From a virus (Duplodnaviria; Heunggongvirae; Uroviricota; Caudoviricetes): 64,000 nucleotides of DNA. Position 1 is the stretch's first letter, and each line of letters begins with the position of its first letter. The position numbers and the translations under genes are program-made. Under the pieces are notes generated by a model. That model had not been told where the DNA came from. It was given only the letters and a program-made list of their open reading frames with translations, and made no database searches. Below are positions 60,381 to 64,000 of this stretch, piece after piece. The DNA lies in the IMG/VR virus record IMGVR_UViG_3300037461_000469, positions 29,752-93,751 of that record; one strand, given 5' to 3'.

Positions 60381-61316
60381 TTATTCTCCTGATTCTATTT
60401 CTTTAACCAAATATTTTACTCGTTCGGCGTAGGTGTGTTCTGTAAGGGTTCTTATTCTGCCTGCTAATCCTATCGAATTGCGCAACTCAGGGGATGCAAG
60501 TAATCTCCTGACACAATCCATTAACTCATCATCGGAATTGTAAAAGAGGACTTCCTTATTGTTTTCAAAATGTTTTTCTAATCCCTTGACATATCCGACT
60601 ACACATGGCGTCCCTGTTGCGGTTGCCACGTAGACCCTATTCGACCAATAATTATTTGACATTTCTGCTGATGGAGCAGGAACAAATCCTATTTTTGCCT
60701 TTTGATATGCTTCAAAAAAATTACGACCATATACACGAGTACTTGCTGGTATACCATATACGTCTACTGAAAAGTTTAATTTCAAAAGTTCTAACTGTCT
60801 CATTCTTTCTAGGAATTTGTGATTAAATGCTCCTGTAAATACTACTTCACTTTTTCTAAGTTCAGCAGGCTGAATATCGTAATCAAAATCATTGGGTTCA
60901 ACTCCCTGCATTAAATGTCGATAGTTTTGGATGTGGTTTTCCCAAGGATAAGAATGGTCTGTTGTAAAAAGCCAATCCACATACGGCAACGACCTTTTTA
61001 TGGTTTCAAATTTTCTAGAATCGTAGTTCGGATTACACAAGTCAAAATACCACAAGGCTAAGTGGGAATTAACGGATTTATTATCAAATAGTATTTTTGC
61101 TTGTTGAAGATTGGTAGGAGCGAATAACGTAGCAAAGGAAAGTATCAGGTCAAAATTTTTAATTGGCTCAACAGCAAACTCGGAGTGATTCATAAAAGTG
61201 GCTTCATATCCTAGGAATTGAAATGCTTTATAAATACGGAAAGCGTTGGGAATTTCTCTTCGTTTTCTAGATTTTAGTTCCGATAAAATCAATACTTTAT
61301 TTACTTTCATATCCAA
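60381..61316 (-). CDS. hypothetical protein (possible glycosyltransferase-like)
   Basis: ORF. Confidence 0.4.
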   Translation of the reverse strand: MDMKVNKVLILSELKSRKRREIPNAFRIYKAFQFLGYEATFMNHSEFAVEPIKNFDLILSFATLFAPTNLQQAKILFDNKSVNSHLALWYFDLCNPNYDSRKFETIKRSLPYVDWLFTTDHSYPWENHIQNYRHLMQGVEPNDFDYDIQPAELRKSEVVFTGAFNHKFLERMRQLELLKLNFSVDVYGIPASTRVYGRNFFEAYQKAKIGFVPAPSAEMSNNYWSNRVYVATATGTPCVVGYVKGLEKHFENNKEVLFYNSDDELMDCVRRLLASPELRNSIGLAGRIRTLTEHTYAERVKYLVKEIESGE

Positions 61317-62025
61317 ATCTCTCTTTCAAAATATTCACGTCCTTTTCTTCTTTTCTTAGAATATATCTCATCCCAATACGGCTTGATGTATTGATATCGT
61401 GAATCGAAACACAGAAATTATTATCAGGTAATTGTTGTGGTTTAAAGTTGATGACAGCGGGATGTGTAGGATGGCGTTTTTCCCTGTCAAAATGCTTCAT
61501 ATTTTTGGGGTCAAAGCGATGGGCGAAAAATGGCCCAGAGCCTATCGTGTCGTAGCCATATAATTTTTTGTTTAGGATATCGTAGGCATATCCGTATTTA
61601 AAATACATCCATTCACTATTATTTTCAGCCATCATTATTTCGCCGGCATCGATGGAGTACATATCATCTGAATCGATTAAGGCATAGATGATTTCATCAT
61701 ATGATTTCAGTTTATCCAATGCTTCGCCGTCTTCGTACACGTAGAGGACACGGGAATCCTCTTTCGGCATCAACCCGTCAACCTTTTCTTTCGATTTCGG
61801 GTCCATTAGGATAATGTAAAGAAAATCATCGTACTTCTGCTGTAGGATACTTGGTAAGTTGAACCGTTTAAACAGGGCAATTCGGGAATTAATCCAAATA
61901 TCTGTTGTACAGGGATGCGGAGTTCCTTCGGGTTTCCCTCGTAAAAGTTTTGAGGATTGGTATGAGTTAAACGCTGTCCAAAAGACTAATTTCCTGTTCA
62001 TTTTTTGTAGAACCTCTCGTAACAT
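61297..62025 (-). CDS. hypothetical protein
   Basis: ORF. Confidence 0.45.
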   Translation of the reverse strand: MLREVLQKMNRKLVFWTAFNSYQSSKLLRGKPEGTPHPCTTDIWINSRIALFKRFNLPSILQQKYDDFLYIILMDPKSKEKVDGLMPKEDSRVLYVYEDGEALDKLKSYDEIIYALIDSDDMYSIDAGEIMMAENNSEWMYFKYGYAYDILNKKLYGYDTIGSGPFFAHRFDPKNMKHFDREKRHPTHPAVINFKPQQLPDNNFCVSIHDINTSSRIGMRYILRKEEKDVNILKERFGYESK

Positions 62026-62657
62026 TTTTTGTAAAACGCTCTTCGAACTACACGAGCCTCTGGATTACCGCAAAGCCGTTGCGGGTCTTTGCTCGACTGT
62101 AATTTGGTGTACTTGGTGGTCGAGATGATATATTTCGCCGCAGTTGGGTATGCCCAATTGTGCCAAAACAAATCTTCCACAGGAGACTCACATCCTTTCA
62201 AATCCATCGCCAAATATTTGCGTGGGGTACAGGTGATGATGCCTAGAAAATCAACTCGGATAGGTGGTTGGCCAGGAAGAGGGCGATGAACCAATTTGGT
62301 TTGCCTGTAATAATCCTCGCCGTTGAACATTCGTGCGTGGATGCCTGTAATGCCGTCAACTTGCTGATGGGCTTGGATAAAGTCAGCGACAATCCCTGGC
62401 TGTGGGACGATATCATCATCTGCTTTGATAACCAAGTCCCCGTCAGTCATCATCGCAACGGCGTGTCGGATTTTACTCCCTGGGTCGGGGATTGCCCTGA
62501 TGATTTTTACGGGAAGGTTCGTCTTGAATCCTTCCTTGCTACAGTCGCAAAGCCACACATCAGGAGTTTCCTTTAGCCAACTGCTAAGAATCAATTCCAT
62601 GTCTTGCAAGCGGCGATATGTTACAACGACTACTGATACGTTCATTTTGTCTCCCAT
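61998..62657 (-). CDS. GT2-family glycosyltransferase (GT-A fold)
   Basis: VSVVVVTYRR N-terminus and DDD motif (KADDDIVP). Confidence 0.55.
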   Translation of the reverse strand: MGDKMNVSVVVVTYRRLQDMELILSSWLKETPDVWLCDCSKEGFKTNLPVKIIRAIPDPGSKIRHAVAMMTDGDLVIKADDDIVPQPGIVADFIQAHQQVDGITGIHARMFNGEDYYRQTKLVHRPLPGQPPIRVDFLGIITCTPRKYLAMDLKGCESPVEDLFWHNWAYPTAAKYIISTTKYTKLQSSKDPQRLCGNPEARVVRRAFYKKCYERFYKK

Positions 62658-63985
62658 CTCAGAGTCGTGCCAAATCCCACTTCCTTGCGGAAGCGTCTCG
62701 ATGCCTGAAAATGCTCGATTATCGGTTTTTTTTTTGTGGGGTAGGAGTAGTCGAAAACATAAGTGTATTCAAATGGCATCCGACAAATCCTTACTTCAGT
62801 CCCGCTGTCTTGCAGTTGCTCTATTGCCATTCTCAGGCATTGTTGGTGTCTAATGTCTTCTCTCTGTAAGCCAACTTCGTGCCATTTCCTAACTAGATTT
62901 CTTCCCCGTTCGTTGTTAGGGAACCACAACGTCCCCGACAGTAATTCGTTGGCATCCCCTGAACGTGGTGAGTATTTTCGGAACGATGCGGCTACGTCAA
63001 AATATTTTTGGCGGGAAAGGACATCGAACAGGATTGGATACTGCCGCATAATTCCATCCGCATCAATGAAAACGATATCCTGATTTGGGAACATATCGAA
63101 GGCCTTCAGAATACATTTTGATTTGTAGTTCAGATTTTTTCGCCACGTTCCCTGCGGGGTGGATGGGAAGAAGTGGTAGTCCACTCCGAACTCTTCCAAG
63201 GATTCTCTTAACTTTTCGATTTCCTGTTCGTAACTTGTCCCCTTCGTATAAAACGAGACAACGACCCATTTTTTCGTGTACTCGTTTTTGTTAAGTTCGG
63301 GAAGGTCCCCGAACTCAAAACACTCTAGAGCGGAGTCTTTGTTTAAGTTGATGATTTGGATGCCTCTTTCCTTTGCCTGTTTTGCCAAGTCGGGAAATTT
63401 TTTTGCGAACATTTCAAGTTGCTTCTCGACTTGGGGCTTGGGATAGCCGCCGTGGAAATGGGAGTTTCCTTCCTTGTCGTGCTTCATGTCGTATCCCAAA
63501 AGATAAATCGGGTTTGCTCCTAGAGTAATGGCAAGATTGATTGCGGCATAACCTGAATTGGAGCCGTCAAAAACTCCTTCTTCTAAAGACTGACTGATTC
63601 CTTCGTGGCCGGCCAGGTTGACGAACTCAATATCGCTTTGGTAAATCTCTCCAGGGACTTTGAGCCACACTTTGTGTCCTTCGAACTCAGGCCACATTTT
63701 CTGAGCCTCTTCCATTACTGGCCCACCCTTATCAGGATTTGTTACCCAATCTTGGAACTGCCTATCGATGGCAAAGGCTATTTCGGCAAAGGGAGCGGCT
63801 ACGAAAGACTTGTTGATGGCGATGACTTTCTCGTAGTGGAGTTGTGAAAAATCGAAACCTGTCAGGGATGGCCCTCCACCGATAATGAAACATCGTTGGC
63901 CTTTCCAACTCCCTGTAGGCATAGATTCCTGTAGAAATCGTTCTGAAAAGAATTGGGGCATTTGCCTTATCATTTCCCTGCGCAC
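62642..63985 (-). CDS. Maf/DUF115 (MptE-like) family protein
   Basis: IIGGGPSL...LGYDMK core resembles motility-associated-factor glycosyltransferases. Confidence 0.4.
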   Translation of the reverse strand: MRREMIRQMPQFFSERFLQESMPTGSWKGQRCFIIGGGPSLTGFDFSQLHYEKVIAINKSFVAAPFAEIAFAIDRQFQDWVTNPDKGGPVMEEAQKMWPEFEGHKVWLKVPGEIYQSDIEFVNLAGHEGISQSLEEGVFDGSNSGYAAINLAITLGANPIYLLGYDMKHDKEGNSHFHGGYPKPQVEKQLEMFAKKFPDLAKQAKERGIQIINLNKDSALECFEFGDLPELNKNEYTKKWVVVSFYTKGTSYEQEIEKLRESLEEFGVDYHFFPSTPQGTWRKNLNYKSKCILKAFDMFPNQDIVFIDADGIMRQYPILFDVLSRQKYFDVAASFRKYSPRSGDANELLSGTLWFPNNERGRNLVRKWHEVGLQREDIRHQQCLRMAIEQLQDSGTEVRICRMPFEYTYVFDYSYPTKKKPIIEHFQASRRFRKEVGFGTTLRWETK

Positions 63986-64000
63986 GAGGTCATCGATACT

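Overview
This 64 kb window reads as the genome of a large virulent dsDNA phage: genes are tightly packed and mostly on the minus strand, with one plus-strand block at 21.9-29.2 kb that ends in a large terminase subunit. Three GIY-YIG, one LAGLIDADG and three Vsr-like homing endonuclease genes are scattered through it.

Transcription appears to run from at least 12 near-identical sigma70-type promoters of the form TTGACA-N17-(TGn)TATAAT, all on the minus strand.

The central 10 kb (32.5-42.7 kb) is a tRNA island carrying about 41 minus-strand tRNA genes plus 3 atypical tRNA-like loci. Together they cover all 20 amino acids. Unusual features of the island:
- a subfamily of compact, structurally non-canonical tRNAs;
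- several anticodon loops with C33;
- tRNAs with mismatched 5' acceptor ends;
- three copies of a ~120-150 nt structured RNA element;
- two long non-coding stretches;
- an embedded Thg1-like 3'-5' polymerase gene.

Around the island sits a full RNA-repair toolkit: two RNA ligases, a P-loop polynucleotide-kinase-like kinase, a HAD phosphatase, a CCA-adding enzyme and a Pol-beta nucleotidyltransferase. Other recognisable genes include an ATP-dependent DNA ligase, a PncA-PncB-NadE NAD+ salvage set, a GH108 lysozyme, SPFH, VWA/metallopeptidase, AT-hook and type IV pilin-like proteins, a four-PAS-domain protein, and a KamA-family radical SAM enzyme. The last 9 kb is a glycan/modification cluster (GT4, GT2, two methyltransferases, a sulfotransferase, a radical SAM enzyme and a Maf-like protein).

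All calls come from reading the sequence and recalling protein and RNA motifs; no searches were run. tRNA coordinates and anticodons were folded by hand and should be confirmed computationally.
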